Virus record (IMG/VR): IMGVR_UViG_3300048813_000140
Coordinates: 1-50,701 of that record
Direction: 5' to 3' (one strand)
Source of the DNA: a virus
Lineage: Duplodnaviria; Heunggongvirae; Uroviricota; Caudoviricetes
DNA length: 50,701 nt
The position numbers were made by a program, and so were the translations under genes. Every line of letters begins with the position of its first letter. The stretch's first letter is position 1. The notes beneath the pieces are model-generated. The model saw only the letters and a list, made by a program, of their open reading frames with translations. It was not told where the DNA came from and did not search any database. Below, in pieces: positions 21,244 to 31,237 of the stretch.

Positions 21244-21504
21244 TTAGTGAACCCTAAATGGGAATATTTTCAAGTACAGCAGGTTTTTGTGGGCATTCTT
21301 TTTCTCTAATTCGTCTCCATTCTCTTTTAGATCGTTTAAGTCGTCGACGATATCGTCAAAAAACGCTTCAGCCCTATCTCTAGAGAACACCATCTTTCCT
21401 TCGTACTCAAAGATCTCATGGCCTACTTGAATGTAATAGTTTCCCACTTCGGCCATGAATACGTCTTCTACTGAATGATTTCCATAAGGACTTTTGTCGG
21501 GCAT
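21244..21504 (-). CDS. Hypothetical acidic protein
   Basis: Sub-ORF of 21244..21567; ATG 21504 (MPDKSPYG) is preceded by GGAGG. Confidence 0.65.
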   Translation of the reverse strand: MPDKSPYGNHSVEDVFMAEVGNYYIQVGHEIFEYEGKMVFSRDRAEAFFDDIVDDLNDLKENGDELEKKNAHKNLLYLKIFPFRVH

Positions 21505-21506
21505 AG

Positions 21507-22049
21507 CTATCCTCCAATAAGCAGCTTGATAGCCGACAAAGATATGAAATCGAACAAAATATGGCATACCATGATCGTCCCAAATCCGTATTTCTTAGAT
21601 AATTTAAGTGTATACGGTATATAGAAACTTATGGCGCACGCAAGAAGTGGACCCTGATAGAGATGGCCAGACCCAAACGATAGCATCGTCAAGACAAGAA
21701 GAATCTTAGATAAGTACTTTTCCCATTTACTACTCGACATAAGGCTAAAAAGAGCCAAAGGAAGCGTGAAGCAGGCATCTTCCCAGTAAACGCCTAAGGT
21801 GGAGGCTACCGGTATCATGTCGACTATATCCTTGGTCGGCCCTATTCCACCCTGAGACATCGAAAACTTAAGCCATAACATTCTGAGTATGGTGATCGGA
21901 ATCATCCATACCAAGAATTTCAAGACGGCTTTCGTATCAACTCTCATCATATTTCCATATCCTGCTGCGCAGGCAAAGTAAATCATCCATATACCAAGAA
22001 GCCAGCATGGCAAGTATTGAGCAACAACATCTGATAAATTCATAAACAT
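21507..22049 (-). CDS. CPBP (Abi/CAAX-type) intramembrane metalloprotease-like protein
   Basis: Several hydrophobic segments; motif 1 WEDACF (EExxFR-like), motif 2 FGSGH and motif 4 HILFD. Confidence 0.75.
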   Translation of the reverse strand: MFMNLSDVVAQYLPCWLLGIWMIYFACAAGYGNMMRVDTKAVLKFLVWMIPITILRMLWLKFSMSQGGIGPTKDIVDMIPVASTLGVYWEDACFTLPLALFSLMSSSKWEKYLSKILLVLTMLSFGSGHLYQGPLLACAISFYIPYTLKLSKKYGFGTIMVCHILFDFISLSAIKLLIGG

Positions 22050-22051
22050 CC

Positions 22052-22591
22052 TTATTCTGCGTTAAAGGGTAGCGGTACAGGAATAGGCGGTCCAGGAGGA
22101 GCCAGCACTAATCCAATAGTAATAAAAACAAAAGCATCAACGTAATCATGTAAAGCTTGCGCCATTGGCTGCGGAGCGTCTTGAGAGGCGACGATGGTGG
22201 CCAACTCTTCTGTCAATAGAGCTTCTGCCACTGCAAGAGTAGGTATAGTGGCCAGCGGAGATGGTAGGGTAACGGCGTCAACTATGGATGCCGTCCATAT
22301 AGGATTGGTTACGGTACCTGGGGTTATGATTCCGGTTTCCACTCCTGACGCTAAAGCATTAACGAAAAGAGGTATCCAACTATTGCTTGGCGTAGGAGGC
22401 ATTGCTAGAAATAAGGCGATAGCCGTAGCATTGTCATATGTAAATATACCAGGCGTTCCGCCACTGCCAGCCTGAACTTGATTCATAAAATCAGCTACAG
22501 CGTTTACGAAATTTGTAACACCCTGAACCGGATCTTCAGATGGTGGCAAATTTAAAAGTTTAGTTTTTAAATCATCTACGCTTATCAACAT
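22052..22591 (-). CDS. Hypothetical virion/baseplate-associated protein
   Basis: 179-aa ORF directly after the spike gene; Pro-rich C-terminus PPGPPIPVP. Confidence 0.6.
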   Translation of the reverse strand: MLISVDDLKTKLLNLPPSEDPVQGVTNFVNAVADFMNQVQAGSGGTPGIFTYDNATAIALFLAMPPTPSNSWIPLFVNALASGVETGIITPGTVTNPIWTASIVDAVTLPSPLATIPTLAVAEALLTEELATIVASQDAPQPMAQALHDYVDAFVFITIGLVLAPPGPPIPVPLPFNAE

Positions 22592-22592
22592 A

Positions 22593-23546
22593 CTATTCTG
22601 TGTTAACCTTCATAGATAATGTGGTAGGCGGCATTGGCTCAATTGGAGGTCCTGAAGGTCCCAAAACTGTGGTGTGTATGTGCGTATTGAAATAAGTCTG
22701 GAATGTAGTTCCCTTGATAACTGCGTCAGAAGCGCTTGCTCCCAAGTTTACGGTCTTACCGTCTACGGTAGCAGTATCGCTAGCGGTTACAGTTGCATCC
22801 TTACAGGTGGCATTTATGTTTGAATTTGCCGTAATCGTAGCATTGTCGCAGTTAACATTAAGATCGCCAGAAGAAGTCAGAGTTGCTACCCCATTCTTTG
22901 CCAAAGTAAAAGTGATCGTGCTATGCTGAACCTGAAAAGATCCATCAGTCGCTATGGAAACTACAGTATTTCCCTGACTTGAATCTGTCGGCGTCCCAGA
23001 GTTATCTGTGGCGCCCTTAAAAGTCAAGCTGGTACTGCCATCATTGAGTATCGTAATGTGTACGCCATTGTACTCTGCTTCCAAATGCGGAGTGGTGTCG
23101 GTCAACATCGTAGGTCGATCTGGATTGTCGAGAGCCCCAACAATTACTCCTGTATCTGAGAATCCATTCAAACACAAAAGCATAACCACAGATCCATCTT
23201 GTCCAGATAAATGTGGTACAGTGCCATCAGTAGTCATAGTTACTATGGGTCTCAGTGTCATTTCAAAATAATCAGCTATAGACCCAAGAGATTTGGCGGC
23301 GGTGCAGTTTTTATAAATACTGACGCCCGATCCCTTATTTTCATACTGTTCAAATACCAATACGTCGTACTCTACAAATAATTTGTTGATATTTAATGGA
23401 TCAGAAATTCCATAAGAAGCCGTTATGACGCCAATTTTAAGGGCAGTATTTTGGTAAGTTCTTTTGAAGCCTTCCATTTTTGCCGCATGATTTTGCGACA
23501 ACAGTCCAGATGGCAAAACCGTACCATTTCTTAAGAAATTACTCAT
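22593..23546 (-). CDS. Baseplate central spike (gp5/gpV-like)
   Basis: OB-fold-like N-half (G..VVMLCLNG..GVIVGAL), beta-helix-like repeats (LNVNCDNATITANSNINATC) and terminal HIH metal-binding tip (FNTHIHT..GPSGPP). Confidence 0.85.
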   Translation of the reverse strand: MSNFLRNGTVLPSGLLSQNHAAKMEGFKRTYQNTALKIGVITASYGISDPLNINKLFVEYDVLVFEQYENKGSGVSIYKNCTAAKSLGSIADYFEMTLRPIVTMTTDGTVPHLSGQDGSVVMLLCLNGFSDTGVIVGALDNPDRPTMLTDTTPHLEAEYNGVHITILNDGSTSLTFKGATDNSGTPTDSSQGNTVVSIATDGSFQVQHSTITFTLAKNGVATLTSSGDLNVNCDNATITANSNINATCKDATVTASDTATVDGKTVNLGASASDAVIKGTTFQTYFNTHIHTTVLGPSGPPIEPMPPTTLSMKVNTE

Positions 23547-25510
23547 TTGTTTTGGCCTCTCTTATTCTTCTTTATCTTTTGGTTAGGCTGAGCAAACGGA
23601 GAATCGGGCTTTTTGACTTCTTTAGTCGTAGGAGCTACTCTATTATCTTTCGCTCTAGCTCTAATGTCTTGTTCTTCAGATACGCCAGGCAGAATCTGAG
23701 GACCATAATTATAATCGTCAAATCTATCGTTGTACCCTGTAGTGTCTTCCATTTCAGGGTATTCTATTCCAGTATTTGAAGTTGATACTGACACTCCATT
23801 ACTTAGTCTTACGGTCGTTCTGAATGTTTTTGCCCCATTACTTATAGCACACGAGTGCGTAACCTCTTCTATGTGGAAAACTATGCCGTCAAATTCTAAA
23901 TTGTCACCGACAGCAATTGGATCAACAATCCCAACACATTGTATGGTGCCGTTCATTTTTAGGTGTCCGCCCATCAAGGCGTCCCCAATTATCTGAGCCC
24001 ATCGCTTCCCTACCTTTGCGTCGCTCAATATTGTCAAATCTTCAAAGTTGGTAGTTATTACGTATGGTTTTAGTCCACTTCTCGTCACATCATTTATATC
24101 ATATACGAAATTCTTAGATGCTGTCTGGGTAGCAATAAATCCATCTGTTTTGCCAGCACCTCCACCTTGAGTAGATGGTTGCGCGTAAAATTGGACAAAA
24201 TTAACCCTTGCAGCTTCGTCTCTTCCTATGTCTGAAGCTAAAATTAGGGCTGTATCGATTTGCCATCTAGGAAGTGTGGAGAATTTAGTGACCTTCGCGT
24301 TTTCAGGAGTTGCGGCTGGAGACAGGGCGACCTGTCCAAAGAAATCCGTAGTAAACGGCATTTGCCTAAACACCACAGTAGGCATAACGCTGCCAGTAGG
24401 AGAAACCCTAAAACAGGTATATAGCTCATTCAATGGCGCATTCGTATACTGATTCAATATAGACCAGGCAGTGATCTGATTCCAATATTCCGGCTTAACC
24501 AGACACTTGCCACCGCACAGATCTGACATATAGGAAAATCTATTAATTGTACTTTTTATATTGGATGGGTTCATTCCCTGCTGTATGGGTATTTGCTGTC
24601 CATTAGACGTGGAGTACTGTTGTATTCCAAATAAATAGTTGTAGACATCTTTGGCCGATTTTGCGCTTGAGACACCCAAATAGATGCCTACTTGTTGCGG
24701 TATATAGAAATGCGTATTTGCTGTAACTGGAGATCCACTAACAGATGTTACGCCTTGGTCAGATATTCCTACGCCAATGAACGACTGAATCAGAAGTTTG
24801 ATAATGTCCTGAACTGCCGGATTTCTTTGGGGAGTCATTATAGCTTTGTAATCCGCATGTATATTGGTAGCAAACAGGAGAGAGTCTTTTGCTGACCCTT
24901 GATTGTCCCTATTTAGGTACGGATTGTAATAAATTACGTTATTGAATTCAGTAAAGGCATACCCATCAATTTTTATGAGAACTCTCTTTATTCCGCTTTC
25001 TGGGTCCACAGAGATAGACTTTCTTACGCTCTGTATTTTATACACGCCCTTAAAGCCATCATTCGCACCGTTTATCTGTGCGTTGACTCCAGTTCCAGAT
25101 CCGTTCGCGGCAGCTATGTTTGCGTGGGTATTCGACGATGCAATCTCGGCAATCCTTCTAGCATCTTTTTCCCAGTTTAACATATTTACGAACACAAAAT
25201 CGCCAGGAGCTATAGCGGTAGAATAATTGATGTCAGTTTCAACCAACACCGCACTCATCGACGGCGTTAAGGTGGCCTTATTGGAACTTGTACTGACCTG
25301 AATGCAATCATTTTCAACAACTAGTGGATCTCTAACCACGAGCAAATCAGAAGATACGCCATTATTAGCTATTGCTCTTAGGGTATCTCTAACGTTCCAC
25401 CTAACAAAGGTCAAGACCCAAGTTGGACTGGATTGATTTATAGCATTGCTTTCAGATACATTTGATCCTACAGGGCCTATATAGTGCGTAAAAGCTTGAG
25501 TCTTTGCCAT
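23543..25510 (-). CDS. Baseplate hub protein (gp27/gpD-like)
   Basis: Between tape measure and spike; C-terminal NGTIQCVG..IAVGDNLEF....FHIEEVTHS..FRTTVRLSNG typical of hub proteins. Confidence 0.75.
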   Translation of the reverse strand: MAKTQAFTHYIGPVGSNVSESNAINQSSPTWVLTFVRWNVRDTLRAIANNGVSSDLLVVRDPLVVENDCIQVSTSSNKATLTPSMSAVLVETDINYSTAIAPGDFVFVNMLNWEKDARRIAEIASSNTHANIAAANGSGTGVNAQINGANDGFKGVYKIQSVRKSISVDPESGIKRVLIKIDGYAFTEFNNVIYYNPYLNRDNQGSAKDSLLFATNIHADYKAIMTPQRNPAVQDIIKLLIQSFIGVGISDQGVTSVSGSPVTANTHFYIPQQVGIYLGVSSAKSAKDVYNYLFGIQQYSTSNGQQIPIQQGMNPSNIKSTINRFSYMSDLCGGKCLVKPEYWNQITAWSILNQYTNAPLNELYTCFRVSPTGSVMPTVVFRQMPFTTDFFGQVALSPAATPENAKVTKFSTLPRWQIDTALILASDIGRDEAARVNFVQFYAQPSTQGGGAGKTDGFIATQTASKNFVYDINDVTRSGLKPYVITTNFEDLTILSDAKVGKRWAQIIGDALMGGHLKMNGTIQCVGIVDPIAVGDNLEFDGIVFHIEEVTHSCAISNGAKTFRTTVRLSNGVSVSTSNTGIEYPEMEDTTGYNDRFDDYNYGPQILPGVSEEQDIRARAKDNRVAPTTKEVKKPDSPFAQPNQKIKKNKRGQNK

Positions 25511-27870
25511 TATTGTCCAGGTGTTCCGGTAGTAGGTTGTCCAAAGTTAACTAGCGAGTCAAGGATTGATCCTGGCTGCTGAGTATTCGAAAGAGTTCCC
25601 TTTGTTGTGCCGTCTAGTTTTGCAGCATTTCTTACGGCAGCTTCTCCTATGGTATCAAGTCCTGTTATGGCCTTATTTATGGCTGGCAATAAGTCATTAA
25701 AAGCACGTCTTGCATCTTCTTCGCCTACCGCCTGTTGACCGATAGCCTGATCGCCCGTTCTATCTCTGTTGTTCATTAAATCTTGCGCTTTTTCTTCAGC
25801 AGTCTTGTCGTCTGGCCTTCTAAGGAATTCTGGTATATCAAACTGCGTGCCTTCTCCTCTTACGGATTGTGCAACATATGCAGCCGCCTTAGACTGATCT
25901 ATGCCTTCTTTTTGTGTTGTGCTGTATAACATTTTTGCTTCGCCATATGTGGCTAAAATATCTTTACCCTCATCGGTTGTACCAAGCTGACCATTCCTAG
26001 CCTTCTCTGTAAACTCAGACATCGTAAGTCCATTTTTGGTCAAGTAATCAGCTATTCTACCGGTTGCACTTTTATATCTCTTGCCCAACTCTGGATTCAT
26101 AAATCGAGATGCTTCATTACCCTTATCAAGTGCTGCCTTTATTTTCTCTGGGGTATTTTTTGTCTTTTTTGCAAAATAAGCCATAAAAGCTGGATCATCA
26201 AGTTGATCAGGTCTTGCGGACATAAGTTCCGTAAGATCGGTAGGGTCTAAATTCTTTAACGTGGGATCTGTTTGTGCCATAGACATTCTGATGGTGCCTC
26301 TACGACCAGATACGTCTGATTCCCTTTTTTGATATTCTTCATATGCATTTCTGGCAGACTCTACGCCCTTATTGGTTCTCTCGCCCATAAATGAAGCAAG
26401 AAGATTTGCCATTCTGGCTTGACCTTCTGTATCGCCAGCCGCACCGCTGGAAATAATAGAGGCTGCAGCCTGTGTGAACCTGCGGTTTTCTTCAGCAAAG
26501 TCTGAATTATCTAAACCTGCCTTGAAAGATTCTTCCATAATACGTTTTGTAGTTCTCTCGACCGCCTCAGGAGATTGTATGGCACCGCTTAATTGACCCA
26601 AGATACCTGGGGAGTTGGTTAGGCCTCCTCTTTCCATCTGAAGTCCAAACTCTGATCTTTGACCCATCCTGGAAGATCCGCCAGCGCCCAATATACCGGC
26701 GCCCATCCCATGCATCTGATCTTCCATAAATCCAGCGCCATGGCCTCTTTTGACGAATCCCGTATTGCCGTATAGGTCGTCATCAGACATACCTAATCCT
26801 CTTTGTGTGCCCAGGTCTCTTCTGTAATTTCCACCATAACGATCCATCGCTTGTTGTAATTCTGGATGCTGTGCTTGCAATGCTGCATATCTGGCTCTCA
26901 TGCTCTCAGCCTGGCCTTCCTGTGCTTGAGCATTATATCCAGTCTGCATAGCTTCGCCTCCAGGTATAAGACCTCCAAGATGGCTGGCCTCTCCTAAACC
27001 GGCAAACAGAGCTTCTTTAAAACGTCCAGTACCCATTGCCGCAACGCCGAAGGTTCCTTTCTCAAGGACCCTTCTCCACTTCATTTCGTCAGATGCTTCA
27101 TCTTCTGCTTGTTGTCTTTGTGGTAAGAAAGCTTTATCGAATACTGATTGTCCGCTGTACCGTCTTTCTAAGTCTCTGCTGACGGTCTGGCTGATAGTTG
27201 ACCCTTGGGCCTGTTCGATGACTCTACTGCGAGACAGAGCAAAGTCTGCAGCATCAGTTGCGATCTTGGCTATTGCCAATGGCTTAAGTATAGGTATCAT
27301 ATTCATCAATGTACCTAAAGAGCCCATCATTCCGCCGCCACCAGGAGCGCCTTGGCCCATGGTGGGAGTTCCATTGGGAGGTGTCCATCCAGGAGGAGCA
27401 GTAGCTTTACCTAGTTGTTGGTTAGCATTCATCATCTGATTCATCATTTGACTTCGCTGACCATATTGCTCTTGCTGTCTGTTGATGGTCGACTTCATCT
27501 TTTGAATGTTCTCTAAATGCTTAGCTTCTTCTTGTGTACCCTTAGTCATCTTTTCTTGCAATTTTATCGAATGATCTAAAGCTTTATTGCGAGCTGCTAT
27601 TTCTTTTCCCAACTTTTCTTGCGCTCGAAATTCGCTAGCAAGAACCTGTTCCATATCTCTTTTAGTCTGATTTCCAGACTTTGCGAAGGCTTCCTGGGTA
27701 GTCTTTGATACGCCGGGGATTCCAGCGTCGGCTCCTCTTTGGGCAGTCTGTTTTGAGGCTAGTAAGTTGTTTACTTCAGATATCTTTCTCTTCATATGCT
27801 CGATTGACTGATTGAATTCAGTATTGTCAATCTTGTATGAAAGTGCAACCTTTTTACTAATCTCTGACAT
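25510..27870 (-). CDS. Tape measure protein-like (786 aa)
   Basis: Helical, Ala/Gly/Gln/Met-rich; N-terminal coiled coil; first gene of the hub-spike-wedge operon. Confidence 0.7.
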   Translation of the reverse strand: MSEISKKVALSYKIDNTEFNQSIEHMKRKISEVNNLLASKQTAQRGADAGIPGVSKTTQEAFAKSGNQTKRDMEQVLASEFRAQEKLGKEIAARNKALDHSIKLQEKMTKGTQEEAKHLENIQKMKSTINRQQEQYGQRSQMMNQMMNANQQLGKATAPPGWTPPNGTPTMGQGAPGGGGMMGSLGTLMNMIPILKPLAIAKIATDAADFALSRSRVIEQAQGSTISQTVSRDLERRYSGQSVFDKAFLPQRQQAEDEASDEMKWRRVLEKGTFGVAAMGTGRFKEALFAGLGEASHLGGLIPGGEAMQTGYNAQAQEGQAESMRARYAALQAQHPELQQAMDRYGGNYRRDLGTQRGLGMSDDDLYGNTGFVKRGHGAGFMEDQMHGMGAGILGAGGSSRMGQRSEFGLQMERGGLTNSPGILGQLSGAIQSPEAVERTTKRIMEESFKAGLDNSDFAEENRRFTQAAASIISSGAAGDTEGQARMANLLASFMGERTNKGVESARNAYEEYQKRESDVSGRRGTIRMSMAQTDPTLKNLDPTDLTELMSARPDQLDDPAFMAYFAKKTKNTPEKIKAALDKGNEASRFMNPELGKRYKSATGRIADYLTKNGLTMSEFTEKARNGQLGTTDEGKDILATYGEAKMLYSTTQKEGIDQSKAAAYVAQSVRGEGTQFDIPEFLRRPDDKTAEEKAQDLMNNRDRTGDQAIGQQAVGEEDARRAFNDLLPAINKAITGLDTIGEAAVRNAAKLDGTTKGTLSNTQQPGSILDSLVNFGQPTTGTPGQ

Positions 27871-27950
27871 TTATCAACTACTTACGGCCTTTTGGCCAGG
27901 AACGTGTTAGTTATGCTTACAAGTTAAAGATTCCAATTATGTTATATCAC

Positions 27951-27979
27951 TTGATCTACCAGGAGCTATATGGTATTAT
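27951..27979 (+). promoter_or_regulatory. Sigma70-type promoter for the plus-strand dut cassette
   Basis: TTGATC, 17 bp spacer, TG-extended TATTAT; GGAGG and ATG 28001 downstream. Confidence 0.7.
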
Positions 27980-28000
27980 AGAGGTTGTGGAGGTCAGAAA

Positions 28001-28183
28001 ATGAAGAAAAAGGGCAATATCACCCCAAGCCTAATGGACACCTTACCCAACAACCGCAATCAATGGCTGCAACTATGTATAAAACTTTCAGAAAGGGCAA
28101 TTTCTAGCCAAGAAAATCACAAAGATATGATAAAACAAGTTGAAAGGTTAAAGAGCGAATTGTTTGGCCTAAAATCCTCTTAA
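28001..28183 (+). CDS. Hypothetical protein (60 aa)
   Basis: ORF with GGAGG ribosome-binding site. Confidence 0.65.
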   Translation: MKKKGNITPSLMDTLPNNRNQWLQLCIKLSERAISSQENHKDMIKQVERLKSELFGLKSS

Positions 28184-28194
28184 ATTTCAACAAG

Positions 28195-28422
28195 ATGAGT
28201 CAAGAAATAACATTAGTGATTATATGTCTACTACCACTCTACGTGGTATTTGGCATCATATTTGGCGTAATCAATAGTAGATTCAAGGTGATAGAGCGTT
28301 TTAAGTGCAAATTAGGACGACACGTTTTTGAAAATGAAGACAATAAAAGACAATATAGGTGTTTATTCTGTAATAAACCGACTAAACAGCTGAAAATAAT
28401 AGAGAAAAAGGAGAAAATATGA
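28195..28422 (+). CDS. Small membrane protein with C-terminal Cys/His motif
   Basis: N-terminal hydrophobic helix; CKLGRH..CLFC; stop overlaps the dut start. Confidence 0.65.
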   Translation: MSQEITLVIICLLPLYVVFGIIFGVINSRFKVIERFKCKLGRHVFENEDNKRQYRCLFCNKPTKQLKIIEKKEKI

Positions 28423-28895
28423 AAGTTAAAATCAAAAAGTTACATCCTGACGCAGTGATCCCAGAATATAAGACCGCTGGGGCATCTGGATTCGATTTGG
28501 TTGCGTTAGAAGACACCCTGGTTATGCCTGGAGAAACCAAAATGGTCAAGACTGGAATTGCCGTTGAGGTTCCAGAAGGGTATGAACTTCAAGTTCGGCC
28601 AAGATCAGGAACATCGCTCAAAACACCACTTCGCGTAGCTAACAGTCCTGGTACCGTCGATTCCGACTATCGTGGAGAATGCTGTGTCATCATGACCAAT
28701 ATGGGTGTCGCGATGTCACTAGACAATACGCCAGGCAAAACTCGCTTATCAATGAGCGCATCTCAAATGATTAAAAAAGGCGACCGTATCGCTCAAGGCG
28801 TAATCTGCCCAGTTGTGCACGTTGAATTTGAAGAAGTTCAGGAATTGTCTGATTCTATTAGAGGGTCTTCGGGATTTGGGTCGTCAGGTAAATAG
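28419..28895 (+). CDS. dut: Trimeric dUTPase
   Basis: Motifs AGASGFDL, RPRSG, NSPGTVDSDYRGE, GDRIAQ and RGSSGFGSSG. Confidence 0.97.
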   Translation: MKVKIKKLHPDAVIPEYKTAGASGFDLVALEDTLVMPGETKMVKTGIAVEVPEGYELQVRPRSGTSLKTPLRVANSPGTVDSDYRGECCVIMTNMGVAMSLDNTPGKTRLSMSASQMIKKGDRIAQGVICPVVHVEFEEVQELSDSIRGSSGFGSSGK

Positions 28896-29047
28896 CACTC
28901 GTCACCCAAATAAGTAATATAAAAACGACCAACAGTCAGTAAGTGGCATCCACAGTAAGCGTGATCGAACCCCAAGCCAAGCCAATCTTTTAGAGTTGGC
29001 TTTCGATCACTTTTCCATAATCCGAATTCAATTCTCCAGAGTTGCAT
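28838..29047 (-). CDS. Hypothetical protein (69 aa)
   Basis: Coupled by a TAATG overlap to the upstream minus ORF; 3' end overlaps the dut 3' end. Confidence 0.5.
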   Translation of the reverse strand: MQLWRIEFGLWKSDRKPTLKDWLGLGFDHAYCGCHLLTVGRFYITYLGDECYLPDDPNPEDPLIESDNS

Positions 29048-29202
29048 TATCTGTCCTTAAGAGCTTTTCTGATTTCTTTTTTGCCATCTTGTCTTTCCTT
29101 GGCTTTAGCTCTTTTGGTAGACTTATGAGGCATCTTATCTGAGTGCCATTGATATTTCAGGCGTTCACTGTTAGCAACTCTTCTTGTGTCTCGTTTAGCC
29201 AT
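29047..29202 (-). CDS. Small basic protein (51 aa, below track cut-off)
   Basis: Manual translation MAKRDTRRVANSERLKYQWHSDKMPHKSTKRAKAKERQDGKKEIRKALKDR; start and stop overlap both neighbours. Confidence 0.65.
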   Translation of the reverse strand: MAKRDTRRVANSERLKYQWHSDKMPHKSTKRAKAKERQDGKKEIRKALKDR

Positions 29203-29639
29203 TATTCGCCTAGGATTTTAAGGGCTTTTTCCATGTCTTTTTTAGTAAAGCCAACGTATGGATTGGGTTTTACATATTTATGGTCAAGTTCTTTTAACTC
29301 TGCTTCGTCGTCTATGATTACAAAATTTTCTATTTCTGGATGGGCGCTAAGCCAATGTTCTATGTGGTGCTCTCTGGCTTTTGGTTGGCCATGTCGCTCT
29401 TTTGGGCCTTCGGTTATGTCTATAACTTTTGTAGGATCTATTCCGTTATCCTTAAGAGTTTCTCTTACAGATTCTAGACCTTTAGCTCTCCAACTGCTGG
29501 AAACAACTATTCTTAGATCTGGTACCTTGATAAGCATATCGCTTATGTGGCTGCAGGCCATTTTGGAGAATTTTCCTGTTCCTGAAAAAGTCATAAATGG
29601 GTTTAGGACCCCATCAAAATCAACGAACACGATCTTCAT
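29202..29639 (-). CDS. HAD-family phosphatase (Swiss-army-knife RNA-repair-like HAD domain)
   Basis: Motif I FVDFDGVL, VVSSSWR, and motif IV FVIIDD..L; GFT near the C-terminus. Confidence 0.85.
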   Translation of the reverse strand: MKIVFVDFDGVLNPFMTFSGTGKFSKMACSHISDMLIKVPDLRIVVSSSWRAKGLESVRETLKDNGIDPTKVIDITEGPKERHGQPKAREHHIEHWLSAHPEIENFVIIDDEAELKELDHKYVKPNPYVGFTKKDMEKALKILGE

Positions 29640-30235
29640 AATTTCACCGGAATTTTCTTTCCCTTTTTAAGATTATCTATATGCCACATTGGCTGCAAAT
29701 TACTATAATGACACAATTTTATGATCTCTTTTTCGTTTTCTGTAGAGGACAATGGCATCTTATGATCAATGCTCCAGTTTCCGTGTTTATTTCCATAATT
29801 TTCCCAATTCATACCTGATTGAAATTGAGACTCCAAATAATTCCTTAAAAATTCTACCGAACACCCTAAGTCTTTTATGGCCGATCCCTTTTTCTGATTA
29901 TTCTTTATGGCCTGACGAAGTCTGGTCCTGAGAGATCTTTTAAGTCTGTAAGAAATGTCTATTTTGGCTCTGTCTTTATCATATTGATTTTTATATACTT
30001 TTATTAGTTCTTTATGTTCTGTAGCACGTTTAGTGCTTCTCACAATACATGATTCTCTATTCAAAATATACCAATTTCTATTGTACTCTGATTTTTCTTC
30101 TGGATTATATTCTTTCTTTCTGCACATTTTACAACAATACCTATGTCCGTCTTTACTTCTGCTGTCTTTCCCAAACTCAGGTAGACCTTTGTTGATTTTG
30201 CACATACTGCAAGTTTTCATATGAGAATTGGACAT
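29636..30235 (-). mobile_element. HNH homing endonuclease (N-terminal Zn finger)
   Basis: CSMC..K..EF..CCKMC; LGCSVEFLRNYLESQF; WSIDHKMPLS..CHYSNLQPMWHIDNLKKG. Confidence 0.88.
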
Positions 30236-30492
30236 CCTATTGGTTTACCGTTTATCTTGGAGTAGCCGTAAAAAGCTATTAGACTGTCTATGGTGGCCAT
30301 CAATTCTGGAGTCCAACCGTCGTGCTCACCTATCCAAATTGCAATTGCTATGCATGGTACGAACGTCGCAGAGGGCAAAACGCTTATGGTATTGCTGAAA
30401 TCACTTCTGCGTTTATGCCACCTTAGGACGAATTCCTTGCTTCCTTCATAAACAGCGATATCTATTACCATTCTACTAAGATTGCGTATCAT
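30217..30492 (-). CDS. Hypothetical protein
   Basis: Sub-ORF of 30217..30525; ATG 30492 is preceded by AGGAG. Confidence 0.6.
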   Translation of the reverse strand: MIRNLSRMVIDIAVYEGSKEFVLRWHKRRSDFSNTISVLPSATFVPCIAIAIWIGEHDGWTPELMATIDSLIAFYGYSKINGKPIGCPILI

Positions 30493-30508
30493 ACATCTCC
30501 TGTAAAAA

Positions 30509-31237
30509 TTACAATTTCCAGCCAAGTTCTTTTAAGAAGGCTATGGTTACTGGGGCGACGTTCGCCTTTTCAACCTCTTCAAGCATCAATTGAGCGATAC
30601 TACGTATCTCAGGTTGAGCATGGTCAGAATTTCGCTGTTTTTGATAATTAGCAAAGGATCTTAGATTAAATATGGTGGTTCGTTCCACCATACCAGCCGT
30701 AGGTAGCACGCCACGAATGGTTTCGCGAGCACGCTTAAACTCTGCATTTGTGATTAAACATGCTTTTTCAGCTTTCTTTAACTCTTCGACCCTATCTCGA
30801 TACCAATTATTAGTTGATTCGCATAATAAATCGTATTGATATTTAACTTGATCGCCAGAACCTCTAGCGCAATCGAAGATAGTCTGTACGTCTGTTGGTA
30901 ATGAAAACCAATCGTCAGGTACGGTTCTATATCTGCCGCTTAAGCCATTGTGTGAGGCTATCCTGTGAGTCATATGCTGCCTGTCCGTGAACAGTGGCAT
31001 GCGAATCCAAAATCTCAAAATTACCGACTCAAACGGTACACCATGAGGCGTGTCAAGCGGTGTACCACCATCATTAAATACTAATTTTCTAAGCACGCTT
31101 TCAACTTTTTTTGGGTCATCATATTTTTCATCTCGACGATCTTTATCGTAAGTGGACGTCCATGCTGCATTGGCAATAGATTCGTCCGAACCCATAAACT
31201 CCTGCAATTCTACTAAAATTTTACCGGTGTTTTTCAT
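30509..31237 (-). CDS. thyX: Flavin-dependent thymidylate synthase
   Basis: H..PFES, variant RHRx7S motif (THRIASHNGLSGRY), E.AR..LP and RNSDHAQPEIR. Start at ATG 31237 from the ATGA overlap with def. Confidence 0.92.
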   Translation of the reverse strand: MKNTGKILVELQEFMGSDESIANAAWTSTYDKDRRDEKYDDPKKVESVLRKLVFNDGGTPLDTPHGVPFESVILRFWIRMPLFTDRQHMTHRIASHNGLSGRYRTVPDDWFSLPTDVQTIFDCARGSGDQVKYQYDLLCESTNNWYRDRVEELKKAEKACLITNAEFKRARETIRGVLPTAGMVERTTIFNLRSFANYQKQRNSDHAQPEIRSIAQLMLEEVEKANVAPVTIAFLKELGWKL

